In this document: piece by piece, positions 38,889 to 48,965 of the stretch
Layout of the letters: each line of letters opens with the position of its first letter
Position numbering within the stretch: position 1 is the first letter of the stretch
Assembly: GCA_038153405.1 (NCBI GenBank)
Contig: JAYOYH010000005.1
Coordinates: forward strand, 32,001-96,000
From: Gemmatimonadota bacterium
GTDB lineage: Bacteria; Latescibacterota; UBA2968; UBA8231
Length of the DNA: 64,000 nucleotides
Direction: 5' to 3'
Made by a program: the position numbers and the translations under genes
The notes under the pieces: model-generated
Database searches by the model: none
What the model was told of the DNA's origin: nothing
What the model saw: the letters and a program-made list of their open reading frames with translations, nothing else

Positions 38889-40829
38889 TCAAAAGATGGG
38901 GATTCGGTTACCCGTCTCACCCGTTATAAAATCAAATACGACCCAGAAACCCGATACAAAAACGTGACCGAGTATCAGGCCGAGAAAAAATGGCCGCAGC
39001 TGGCGGTAGAGAGACACGCCTCCGTACTTGAGAATCGTAGCCTTTAACACCCAGCCAATAAAAATGCTGAACCAGGTATACACAATGGTCAACGTCGCGC
39101 CAATCGGAAAGCCCAAATAGTGCACTGGCCACCATAGAATGTGATGCCGCGCCCACATCAACATGCCCATCGCGCAGGCGCCAATCAGCGAAAATAGATA
39201 GCGCGGTGCAATGCTATGCCAATCGCGCAGCGGGTGGGTGGGGTTGGCTATTTTGTGCGCGGTGTCGCCGTGGATAATCTCGCCAAAGCGGTTGTAAAAC
39301 CACCAATCCAAATTTATTCCACCGTAGGTGTAGCCCATCCACACCACCATGCATACCGACCCGGCCAGTCCGACGACAATAGAAATGGCTATGGCCCAAA
39401 ACAGTGGCCGGCCGCGCACATTGCCGGCATCGGCCAATTTGAGACTGTTGATCGTCGATGCCATAATCATCGTGCGCAAATCGCCCGCCCAGCTAAAAGT
39501 CATACCCAAACTGACCAGCCCACTGGGCGTTACCGCTTCCGTTCCCACCGCATGGATGACAAAGGGCTGTGCCGTCATCTGCGCGCGCGCAAAGCCCAAT
39601 CCTCCCTCAGCGACAATGCGCGCCAGACCGTAAAAAACGCAAAAGGCGATAAATAGGAAGAATAGGGCAATCCACAGCGGCACGCCCGAAAGCGTCAGCC
39701 AACCGGCCGCGTAGGCGCTGGCACAGCCAAGCACTAACAGCGCGGATCGGTAAGATAAAATCTCCTGGCTGTCGTCTATCCCATTGCCGTGCCAGGCCTG
39801 TTGGCACACCTGACGCAGGTGCGTGCGACTGTTCCACAGGCCGTAGAGCACCAATACCAACATGGCGCCCATGCCCTGATAGGAAACGGCCATAGAGCCT
39901 TCCATAAAGAGATCGCTGCGCCCGGGAATACTGTATCCCAGCACATTTTCCATGGCGATCTGTCCCTTGCTCAGCAGGTGAAAAAGCCAGATGCCAAGTC
40001 CGACGTCGAGACTGAGAAAGTAGGCCAACCCAATGGCGATAAAGTTGACGTTGGTCTGCAAGACCAGCGCGTGGTTAAACAGGGGCAAGCTGTTGCGCAG
40101 CTGAATGGGCGGCACAAAGGGGAAATAGTGGTTGAGCGCATTGGTGCTAAAGATGATAAAGGGGATGGAAAAGCCCAGCCACATGAGCGGGCTTTTCAGA
40201 AAGGCGTTGAAAATAGATCCATCTCGCCCCTCTTCCGTCATATCCAACGGCAGCTGCAGCAGCGGAAAGGTCAAGCGGTCGTAGTCTACCCACTGCCGGC
40301 GCATGATCGACATGATAGTAATCATCATTAGGTAGATAGAAAGAATAAACGAAGACCAAGCCAGCAGCGGCCGCACCCAGTGCTCCCAGGGAAGGCGCTG
40401 TCCCTTGGGCAATCCCTCAAAAAAGTATTTAATCGCCATCGCATCGTGCGGCACCAGCCATTCCCGCACAAAGGGATGCAGCAGCTCGGCCCAGTTATTT
40501 TCCGGCGTGGCATAGTAGTAGATACCGGGCAGCATGGCGATGAGGTTACCGGTAAAACCCCAGGTGGGAATGGCCGATGCAACGATCATCATGCAGTAGA
40601 TGACGATCAGTTCGGAGCGATCGAAGCCCCAAGAGCGCCGGCATAGCTTGACCAGCGGGTTGACGAGCGCGATAAATACAAAGAAGATAAAAATAGCGCC
40701 GGCGGTTATATAGTCCGACGACATACCAGCCGTGGCCATGGCCAGGCGTGCGTAGGCAAAGAAGACGTTAATTACGAGCGAAAACAGCGCACCAACGAGC
40801 AGGGCACGCAGCGTTATTTTTGCGGTCAT
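38889..40829 (-). CDS. Polytopic membrane protein, DUF6785/DUF6784-like (paralog of 35930-37846)
   Basis: YYATPENNW, RQW..DRLTFPL, WWPVHYLG, KYGG..LYR.LRPFFLGLILG. Confidence 0.75.
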   Translation of the reverse strand: MTAKITLRALLVGALFSLVINVFFAYARLAMATAGMSSDYITAGAIFIFFVFIALVNPLVKLCRRSWGFDRSELIVIYCMMIVASAIPTWGFTGNLIAMLPGIYYYATPENNWAELLHPFVREWLVPHDAMAIKYFFEGLPKGQRLPWEHWVRPLLAWSSFILSIYLMMITIMSIMRRQWVDYDRLTFPLLQLPLDMTEEGRDGSIFNAFLKSPLMWLGFSIPFIIFSTNALNHYFPFVPPIQLRNSLPLFNHALVLQTNVNFIAIGLAYFLSLDVGLGIWLFHLLSKGQIAMENVLGYSIPGRSDLFMEGSMAVSYQGMGAMLVLVLYGLWNSRTHLRQVCQQAWHGNGIDDSQEILSYRSALLVLGCASAYAAGWLTLSGVPLWIALFFLFIAFCVFYGLARIVAEGGLGFARAQMTAQPFVIHAVGTEAVTPSGLVSLGMTFSWAGDLRTMIMASTINSLKLADAGNVRGRPLFWAIAISIVVGLAGSVCMVVWMGYTYGGINLDWWFYNRFGEIIHGDTAHKIANPTHPLRDWHSIAPRYLFSLIGACAMGMLMWARHHILWWPVHYLGFPIGATLTIVYTWFSIFIGWVLKATILKYGGVSLYRQLRPFFLGLILGHVFVSGFWVVFDFITGETGNRIPIF

Positions 40830-41002
40830 GTCCGTGCAGTATACATTTTTTTACGAGTGCGAGCAAGCACGGGACTGCGCTTGTGTGCGCACCGTTTTAC
40901 GTCAGACACAGAAGCGCAGTCCCGTCGCCCCTCTGTGTGCAATAGGCTTGAGGCAAGAGCCGACTTGCGCTATCTTGCCTGCATCCCAGAGAGGAGAATC
41001 CC

Positions 41003-41863
41003 ATGCACCTTATCGCCGTCCTACTCGCCCTAGCCCTGCCGGCCAGTGCCCACTTTCCCGAGGAGCACGTATTTCCGGTATTTCAATTTCCCGACGGCCG
41101 CGTTCCAGCTATGGACGGCGACTTTTCCGACTGGGCCATCGTGCCCGACAGCTATTTCATCGACTATACCGCCTACGAGGAAAAACACCGCGATGGCACG
41201 CCACCCGATACGCTGGATCTGCATATCGTCCGCGCCGCCGTCGGCTGGAACGACGGGCTCAACCGCCTCTACTTCATCGCCGAAGTCTACGACGATGTCT
41301 GGCGTTTCTCGCATTTCAATACGGATTCGTTAGATACTCCGCACAGCCGCATGGCTGGTGCCTATGTGCACGGTGCGGACATATGGGAAATCGTCGTCGA
41401 CGCCGACCATGCCGGCGACCGCGTAATCAATTTTTCGGAAGAGCCAGAAGCAGAGTTTCGCTATCGCAGCGCCTATACCCAGAACTACCACCTATATATG
41501 CCGCCGCTCAACGGACACTACTGGCACTGGCTGTGGGGCAAGGCCCTGTGGACGAAGCGAGAGGAATTTTCTTCGGTGGGCTGGAGCGGTCAGGTGCAAC
41601 AACTGGGCGCCGGTCGCCTAGTCTACGAGTTCTATATCACGCCCTTTGACGATCTCCATCCGGACGGCCCCGAGCACAGCGTAGTGCACGACCTAACGGA
41701 GAACGCTATCATCGGTCTGAGTTGGGCCTTTATCGACGCCGACGATAAGGACGATACCTACGACGCCTTTTGGACGCTGTCCAAGCAGCAGAAGATGTAC
41801 TGCAGCGGCGAGTACATATCCGATTTTAAGCTGATGTCCATAGAGGCGAACCTACTTGACTAG
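41003..41863 (+). CDS. Secreted CBM9/DOMON-like beta-sandwich protein
   Basis: Signal peptide ..PASA/HFP, MDGDFSDW, VGWNDGLNRLY, DADH; paralog of 58225-59133. Confidence 0.7.
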   Translation: MHLIAVLLALALPASAHFPEEHVFPVFQFPDGRVPAMDGDFSDWAIVPDSYFIDYTAYEEKHRDGTPPDTLDLHIVRAAVGWNDGLNRLYFIAEVYDDVWRFSHFNTDSLDTPHSRMAGAYVHGADIWEIVVDADHAGDRVINFSEEPEAEFRYRSAYTQNYHLYMPPLNGHYWHWLWGKALWTKREEFSSVGWSGQVQQLGAGRLVYEFYITPFDDLHPDGPEHSVVHDLTENAIIGLSWAFIDADDKDDTYDAFWTLSKQQKMYCSGEYISDFKLMSIEANLLD

Positions 41864-41894
41864 CGCGCTACCTCTGATAGGACCCAACCGAGCG

Positions 41895-43730
41895 CTAGCG
41901 GTTCATTGCTGGCCCATCTCGCCCCTGCGACAGCGCACGCATTTGCACCCCATCGTATAGCTGGCGCAGCCGTGTGCGTTCGGCAGGCAGTTGGTCAATT
42001 GAGCGCTTGAGCACCTGTGCAGCCTGCGCCAGATCGCCTAATTGCCCGTAGAGCGCCATCATCTCGACGTAGACCGCCAACAGCTTGGGATTGAGCGCAA
42101 GCGCCTGTTCATAGGCGGCAAATGCACCTTCCACATCGCGCTGCATTACTCGAACGTGAGCCAGGTTAACCCACGGTTCGACCTGGTTAGGCGCCGCGCG
42201 TGCCAGTCGAGCAAAGATCGCTCCGGCGCCGCGCACATCGCCCAGCGACCCTTTGACACTGCCCAGATTCAGCCAGGCCTGCCAGTGCAGCGAATCTTTT
42301 TGGACCGCCTCGGCAAAAGCGGCCATGGCCCTGTGGCGGTCGCCAGCTTTGGCATAGGCATTGCCCAGATTGTAGTGAATAGCCGCATCTCCATCCATAT
42401 TCATGGAACCGATATTCCAATTGGCGGGCACGGCAAAGACCGCACAAACGGCCAGGCCCAAGCCCGCTTTGCGCCAGTGACCGGCGCGCAAAAAATCGCC
42501 TATGCACCACGCGCCATAGGCGGCAAATACGGCGAGTACGGGCAGCGCTGGCACTCTGTAGCGCGCCGCCACGAAAAATAGAGCCACCGCAAGCCAATAG
42601 CTCAACGCATATACTGCCGGCCACGTCGGCCCAACGAGCCGCAAACTCATCAGCAACCCCCATAGGGCCACCGGAGCGACGAGACCAAAGGGAAAGGCCA
42701 CGCCGGCCTTCCACAAGGTTGCAGAGAGGACCGTTGAATACGTTCGCCAAAAGTAGATGGGCTGGTTGCGCCCTTGCTCTTCGCCGTGCCAGAACAGGGC
42801 GAGCTTACCCACCATCAGTTGCATCCAATCCACCGGGTCGGCAGCAATGTAGTCCCATGCCCGACGCATAAAGTAAGCCGACTTTTCCGACGGGCGCACT
42901 ATGCCGGATTGCGCAGGCAAAGCGACAAGTTCGTCCCATTCCCAGCCCGGACGAATGGATACCGTGCGCTCGTATTCTGCATTGTTGCCAATGTAAAAAT
43001 TGATGCCCATGTTGTAGGAAATTGGCACAGTGTCGCCGCCAACGGCATAGTTTCGAGCGGCAACCGGCGCAATCGGCAACGCTATCCCCACTAGGAAAAC
43101 CGCTGCATACATACCGCCCTGTCGATGGGCAAACCTTCGCAGCAGCCCAACGGGCACCGCCGCGGCAAAGAGCAATACGGTTGGAACGGCTACGGCCGCC
43201 GTCCCCAACGCTACACCGCAGACGGCAAAACGCAAAGCCGTGGGATGGCGCCAGGCGTGCAACAGCGCGACGAGCGAGGCCATATTGAGAAAAGTCGCCA
43301 ACGAAGCGGGCAGCATTTCTCCATCAAAGAAAATTAGCGGACCCGAGAGAGCGGCTAACACGCCGGCGATCAGCCCAACCGTCCCATTGAATACATGGCG
43401 TCCAATCCACCACGCCATACCGCATACCAGCGCACCCAGCAATGCTTGGAAAAGTCGTACGACGTGGAAGAATGAGATCGGGAAGAGCGTTTTTAGCGCT
43501 CCGAGAACATAGGGATAGAGGGGCGGCTGCCAGAACGGTCCCTGCCCCGAGTAGAGCCAGTTGCCAGCAGCTAAGCGCTCGGCCTGATGCGTATAGGTTT
43601 CCGAATCGACAGCGGGATAGACAAAAAGAGGGCTCTGATCGATCTCAAAGACATAGGCAACGCGCAGTAGAAGGCTCAATGCCAACACCAGCCACAGCGG
43701 CCTATAATCTCTCGCACTTGTATCTGTCAC
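41895..43730 (-). CDS. GT-C (family 39/PMT-like) glycosyltransferase with C-terminal TPR repeats
   Basis: VDSETY, PPLYPY, NFYIGNN, ARYRVP, then TPRs (HYNLGNAY, WLNLG); start uncertain. Confidence 0.82.
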   Translation of the reverse strand: MTDTSARDYRPLWLVLALSLLLRVAYVFEIDQSPLFVYPAVDSETYTHQAERLAAGNWLYSGQGPFWQPPLYPYVLGALKTLFPISFFHVVRLFQALLGALVCGMAWWIGRHVFNGTVGLIAGVLAALSGPLIFFDGEMLPASLATFLNMASLVALLHAWRHPTALRFAVCGVALGTAAVAVPTVLLFAAAVPVGLLRRFAHRQGGMYAAVFLVGIALPIAPVAARNYAVGGDTVPISYNMGINFYIGNNAEYERTVSIRPGWEWDELVALPAQSGIVRPSEKSAYFMRRAWDYIAADPVDWMQLMVGKLALFWHGEEQGRNQPIYFWRTYSTVLSATLWKAGVAFPFGLVAPVALWGLLMSLRLVGPTWPAVYALSYWLAVALFFVAARYRVPALPVLAVFAAYGAWCIGDFLRAGHWRKAGLGLAVCAVFAVPANWNIGSMNMDGDAAIHYNLGNAYAKAGDRHRAMAAFAEAVQKDSLHWQAWLNLGSVKGSLGDVRGAGAIFARLARAAPNQVEPWVNLAHVRVMQRDVEGAFAAYEQALALNPKLLAVYVEMMALYGQLGDLAQAAQVLKRSIDQLPAERTRLRQLYDGVQMRALSQGRDGPAMNR

Positions 43731-43823
43731 AGCAGCCCACTCATATGACGTACTCGACCAATCGCTAGCACACACTCCAAATCAATACCTAAACAACCCG
43801 GATAACCGCTGCGCACGGTCGTA

Positions 43824-44690
43824 TCAAGTGCCGAGAACCAGCGGTTCCATATCCGCTGCTGCAACCACCTCGTCCCACTCGGCGATGTTCGACGGCCCGC
43901 TCGACACCGTCGATATTCGGCCATCGCCTAAGATCCAGCGAAATGCACTCTGCGGCAGCGTCGACTGCTCTCTTTTCATTTCATCTATAATGCTCCACAC
44001 GCGCGGTCTGTCCGTCTCTTCGAACCACTGCTCGACAGCGGTTTTCTGCTCGTCGTTATCGACGTAAATCCCGCCGGCTAGCGGCGTGGCGATTACTATG
44101 CCCATATCGCTGGCCGCCGCCGCCGGCACGACCTGCTCGGCAGCCAGTTTCTTGCACGGGTGATAGTCGTGATAGCAAAGTACTGTATCGAACTCACCGG
44201 TCTGCGCCAGTTCGGCCAGCAGCGGGATCGCTCGGGCCGTAATGCCGACAAAGTCGCATAGTCCTCTCCGCTGGGCCTCGCGCAAGCCCTCGAGCGTGCC
44301 ACCCGGCTCCATAATCCGTTCCCATCCCGCTAGATTGACCTCGTGTATCTGTGCCACCGCGACCTTGTCGACGCCGAGCAGACCCACACTGCGCTCCAGG
44401 CTGGCCAATACAGAATCGCGCTTATAGTCAAAGCCCTCCGGCTTAAAACCCACCTTCGTCGCTATCATAAATGGCTGCTTGACCACCGCCAAGGCTTCAC
44501 CCAACAACAGTTCACTCTCGCCGTATAGGGGCGCCGTATCGATGTAATTACATCCCGCTTCCCAAGCCCTCGACACGATCGCTACGGCGTTTTCCCGCGT
44601 GCGCTCCGGGTCGCGGCCACCAATATACGCGCCCCCCAAACTCACCGCACTCACATCCAAATTGGTCCGCCCAAATCGCCTATATTTCAT
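43824..44690 (-). CDS. Aldo/keto reductase
   Basis: MKYRRFGRT, IDTAPLYG.SE, ATKVG, QIH. Confidence 0.9.
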   Translation of the reverse strand: MKYRRFGRTNLDVSAVSLGGAYIGGRDPERTRENAVAIVSRAWEAGCNYIDTAPLYGESELLLGEALAVVKQPFMIATKVGFKPEGFDYKRDSVLASLERSVGLLGVDKVAVAQIHEVNLAGWERIMEPGGTLEGLREAQRRGLCDFVGITARAIPLLAELAQTGEFDTVLCYHDYHPCKKLAAEQVVPAAAASDMGIVIATPLAGGIYVDNDEQKTAVEQWFEETDRPRVWSIIDEMKREQSTLPQSAFRWILGDGRISTVSSGPSNIAEWDEVVAAADMEPLVLGT

Positions 44691-44710
44691 CGCATTTCTC
44701 TCCGATCGTC

Positions 44711-46161
44711 CTAAAACAGTGTGTTGCGCAAGATCAATACGGACGTTGCCTCTTGCTGCCAGCGTTTCTCCACTTCTTTGGGCACATTGCTTCCCCACCG
44801 CACAAAAGCACCCAATACGATATCCGCGTCTCCGTCCAAGTCGACGTCCCCAGCATCCATCGTCAACCAGCGGGCGTCTTGGGCCTCGGCGAAGGTGTGG
44901 GCAACAAAATTCAAATCGCCCTCATTTTGCAAATAGACAAACGACTCTTGCGGCGCCGATGCATAGTCCGGAAAAAACGAAATGGCGGCAATATCTAAGT
45001 CGCCGTCCTGATCGAAATCGACGGGCAATGCTTTATAGGCTCCATATTGCGGATAGAAGAAGACCTCAGCAAAGCGATTGGCCCCGTCGTTGCGATAGAG
45101 TCGCACTCCGTGATAGCGCTTGGCAAACGGCGTGTAATCGGCGCTGTCGCCGTTGGCCGTTAAGATGTCCATAGCCCCGTCGCCGTCAAAGTCGACATGA
45201 CGATGTCGTCCCTACCGTCCCCATTCAGATCGCCATACGTGGCAAACGTCGGACGCGAAAGGTCCGTTAAGACATCGCGCGGAGGAATATTCAGCAGGCC
45301 CTGCTCGTCTTTGCCGAAGGCGACGAGTTTGCCCCGTGGGTTGTCGGAGGGAAAGACCGAACCGATCGAGGCAATCCACACCTCTCCGGCTCGGTCTTCG
45401 ATGGCCACCGGCGAGGGCGTGGACGGAATTTTTTGCAGTTCTCGTCCTTGGCCGTCGAGTATGACCAGCGAATTATCGGCCGAATCACCCGCATAGACCC
45501 ATCCCCGCAGCGTATCGATTTCGACGAGCGTAGTGAAAGGAAACGGCGTCCTGTAGCGCGGCTTAAAAACCTTAAAGTGCGGCAATTCCGCGCGAATGAA
45601 CGGTTCGTTGGCACGGGGCAAGGGCACTTCAGGGGCGGCCTGCAAATAGTAGTCCACGATCTTTTTCCACGCATCCGGCGGCACGAGTGGATACGCCGGG
45701 TAGATCCCCGCCCGGTTGACGACCGCGAGCGCCTTGGGGTCTTTCTGCCGACCAATGGGATTGGCCGGTAACGACGTGGTGCCCGCAGGAATACCGAGGC
45801 GCTCTGTGAGAAAAGGCAGCACGAAGTTGCGCAGCGTCGCGCGGTCGAGCAAATCGGGCTCGGCAAATATATGGCACGTCTGACAGTAGAGTATCGCCTC
45901 GGCGCGGCCTGGTATCGCCTCGTCCGCCGGCGTGACCGATTGGATGATCTGGTGCTGTATAAGCACCGCATGGAGCGACGTGGCCTCTGATGGGCCGGAC
46001 TTGGCCCTGTCCACCGTCTCAATTTTATCGCCGCCGGCCTCCCTCGCCGTTCCGCCGCCGGGCAGCCAGAGCGGATCCCCTCCCGCCACTCCGATCAGGC
46101 CGGCGGCAAAAAGAGGGAGCCAACTCCACCGCACAGCTTGCCTAGCAGCGATCATACGCAT
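44711..46161 (-). pseudogene. Secreted monoheme cytochrome c + FG-GAP/VCBS repeat protein, split by a frameshift near 45191-45196
   Basis: CQTCH heme motif and DLNGDG in ORF 45160-46161; DFDGDG, DFDQDGDLD, DVDLDGDAD in the frame of ORF 44711-45172. Confidence 0.8.
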
Positions 46162-46343
46162 TACCCCTCACAGGTGCACGGTGCTGAATGGGCGCAAATG
46201 ACCAACGACTCTATCCCCCACACACAAACGCAGAAATAAAATGGACAGCAAAAACGCAGATATCGCGATCAGGGGATCTACGTCTGAACGGCCTAGCCAA
46301 TGGCGCTGAGATAGGTCCTTAGGTGGTTTGTAGGGAAAGCGTA

Positions 46344-48935
46344 TCAGTACGCTACCGATACGGTGCGCAACACCTCGGCGTTGTCGATATCGGCACCGGC
46401 TGTTTCCGTCGCGACGCGCAGGCGTGCATAATACACGCCCGGCACGACGAGTCGACCTGCGTCATCGCGTCCATCCCAGCGCAAGGACCGAGGCCCCGTG
46501 CTCACCGCCCGCTGCTCAACCAATCGACGCACCGCACGACCGCTCAGGTCGTAGACCATCACCTCGGCCGGGCTGTTATCGTCGACGCGCACAACGGTAA
46601 ATTCAAACGCCGTATCGTCATTTACCCCGTCGCCGTTGGGCGAGAACACGCGCGGTACGACCCGCACGTCGTAGAGCAATTCATTGCGACCAACTGCGCC
46701 GACCAGCGTCGTCGTATTACCCGCGCCCAGCGCAACGGCATTGCCCGCATCTACGCGCTGCCAAGCAGCTGTAGCGCCGGTCCTATTTTGCAGCGAAGCG
46801 CTCAGTACGGCTCCCGTTGAAAACAGCGCCGTGCGAAAGTCGAGACGCAAGAGTTCCGCGTCGCCATTCGGCCCGATGAGGGGAAAGCTCAACTGCAGGC
46901 TGTCCGCATTCGTGGCCGCAACCGACGCATCCTCTACGCGCAGGCTCTCCATATCGCCCTCGGCCATAAAGTCGGCCTCCGAACCGGCAAAAAGACCAGC
47001 AAATTCCAATTTCATATCCGATGGTGCGACCAACAATAGTTCGTCAAAACCGCTGTCGTTGCGCACAAAATCCGGCCGGATGTAGAGAGAGAAGGGACGC
47101 TCTATGCCCAGCGAATCAACTTGAAAGGGAACGACTTCTCCTACCAACCCCTGTGCTACCGGGTCGACGAAGTTGAGTCGAATAGAGCGCAGTGCAGCTG
47201 CGGCCTTGGGATCGTCTGAAACCAAGGTTGCCCTCACTTTGAGGTATTCGCGCGGCGATGGCGATGTGATCACGCTGCCCGAAGAAAGCGTATACGGCTC
47301 GCTCCAGTCACTCCAATCGTTACCCGGCACTTCTTCGGGAATAATATCTCCCTTAAAGAGCGATAGCAGCTTGCCGTACTGCGCTTCGGTCACTTCGGTG
47401 CCGTCTTTTTTGAAGTAGTGCAGGATTTCGCCCAGTTCGTTGCCCGTGCGCGTCTGAATCTGCACGCTCGTACTCGGCGGCGTGTCGGCGTCCCACTCTA
47501 TGGATAGCAGATTTCGACTCCCTCCGAGGCGAATCAAATCCGATTCCAGCGACAAGCGCGGCAGAAACCCTTCGCCATAGAGTTGGACTTCGGCCAAGAT
47601 AGCGCTGGCGCCAAAGGAGGCAACGGTCCACTGCATGCGAAAAAAGCGCGCCTGTATCGGATCGAAGCGGTTCCCTTCAAATTGGCGCTGGTACACGCCG
47701 CCCTGGTCCCTATTCAGCACGCGATTCCATTCCAAACTGCCGTCTGGGGCCAAGCTGCCGTCCGACACTTCAATGCGGTAATCGCCAAAAGTGCGGCCGC
47801 CGTACGCCAGTAGATGCGTATCGACCCAATAGAACGTCCCCAGGTCAAAAAACAGCTCGCGATTGTTGATATCGGTGGTAGCACCGGTCCAACCGCCCAC
47901 GCCCCAAACGACGATAGAGGAACTCTCCCGTCGACCGTCAATAAAGGGCCCCAGTGCCACACCCGGTTCCGTCGTAGAAATATAGCCGCCGCGCGAAACA
48001 GTGCCGCTCAGGATCTCGTCCCCTTCGCCCCATACCTCAATTTCGGCCAAGCGCGGCCGTTCGCGACGAAAGTGGCGAATGGCCGCCCGCTTTTCCGGAC
48101 TCAGCTTCTCGTAAACATCTTGGTCCACCAGCAACTGGCCACCGTCGAGCAAGTATTTATAGTATTCAATCGCACCGCGCTCGGCGACCGGCAGCTCGCC
48201 ATATTCGGCTTCTGTGACCTGCCGGCCGCGCCCGCCGTCCGTTCCGTTCACCACGATCTGAATAAACCTCAACCCCTGACTGCGGGTCTCCTTATCGGCA
48301 TTCTGCAGATCAATTTCAAAGACGCGCTGGCTCTTGTTCTCTTGCAATAGACGCATTACCGTGGAATAGTTTGGCGTCGTCGACAAGGGAGCCAGTTTCG
48401 GCTTGAGCCCATCGGATATCAGGACATCAAAGAGCAGGAAGGGATCGCCCAGTTCCTCATCGACGAATTTCAGGACAATTTTTTTTGCAAAAACAAAGCG
48501 GCCCAAGTCGAGGTTATACCACCACTGTGCCGGCAAATCGATGCCTTCAGGCACCGGCGCCGGCTCCCAATAGGTGGTGGGATCCCCATCGATCGCCTTA
48601 TACGCATCGGCGGGATTCGAGCCAACTTTTACCGCGTCGGCCAGACCGATGTCTTCCGGGTCTTTCTTGATGTGATCGGGGGTATTGAGTCGGAGAAAAT
48701 CAACGATGTCGATCACTGCGTTGGTATTCCGCTGCATGCTCTTTGGCCGCACCGTGCCATCGGAGACGTTGAGCGTGCCCTGCGGAAACGCCCAGTTTTC
48801 CCAATGGGTCTGCGCGTTAATAATAACCTGGTTGGGACCAACCCTATGTCCCTGTGCCTTCAGCTCACCGACGGACATCGTCAACGCACTAACGGCCATC
48901 AGCACACCGCACAACCACCGGAGTTTACCGATCAT
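46344..48935 (-). CDS. Secreted protein, two discoidin-like domains + C-terminal FlgD-Ig/CHU_C-like domain (long paralog 3)
   Basis: Signal peptide, IDGDPTTYW, LDLGR, AEIEVWG, FSPNGDGVND, VYDLSGR, WDGRD, PGVY; start 48935 (GGAGA RBS) or 48950. Confidence 0.82.
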   Translation of the reverse strand: MIGKLRWLCGVLMAVSALTMSVGELKAQGHRVGPNQVIINAQTHWENWAFPQGTLNVSDGTVRPKSMQRNTNAVIDIVDFLRLNTPDHIKKDPEDIGLADAVKVGSNPADAYKAIDGDPTTYWEPAPVPEGIDLPAQWWYNLDLGRFVFAKKIVLKFVDEELGDPFLLFDVLISDGLKPKLAPLSTTPNYSTVMRLLQENKSQRVFEIDLQNADKETRSQGLRFIQIVVNGTDGGRGRQVTEAEYGELPVAERGAIEYYKYLLDGGQLLVDQDVYEKLSPEKRAAIRHFRRERPRLAEIEVWGEGDEILSGTVSRGGYISTTEPGVALGPFIDGRRESSSIVVWGVGGWTGATTDINNRELFFDLGTFYWVDTHLLAYGGRTFGDYRIEVSDGSLAPDGSLEWNRVLNRDQGGVYQRQFEGNRFDPIQARFFRMQWTVASFGASAILAEVQLYGEGFLPRLSLESDLIRLGGSRNLLSIEWDADTPPSTSVQIQTRTGNELGEILHYFKKDGTEVTEAQYGKLLSLFKGDIIPEEVPGNDWSDWSEPYTLSSGSVITSPSPREYLKVRATLVSDDPKAAAALRSIRLNFVDPVAQGLVGEVVPFQVDSLGIERPFSLYIRPDFVRNDSGFDELLLVAPSDMKLEFAGLFAGSEADFMAEGDMESLRVEDASVAATNADSLQLSFPLIGPNGDAELLRLDFRTALFSTGAVLSASLQNRTGATAAWQRVDAGNAVALGAGNTTTLVGAVGRNELLYDVRVVPRVFSPNGDGVNDDTAFEFTVVRVDDNSPAEVMVYDLSGRAVRRLVEQRAVSTGPRSLRWDGRDDAGRLVVPGVYYARLRVATETAGADIDNAEVLRTVSVAY

Positions 48936-48965
48936 CTGCGTTTCTCCCATTCGAGTCCAAACCGT

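Noticed and set aside
40828..41649. 273-aa plus-strand ORF overlapping 41003-41863
   Set aside because: Arg-rich alternative frame; the 41003 frame has the RBS, the signal peptide and a paralog.
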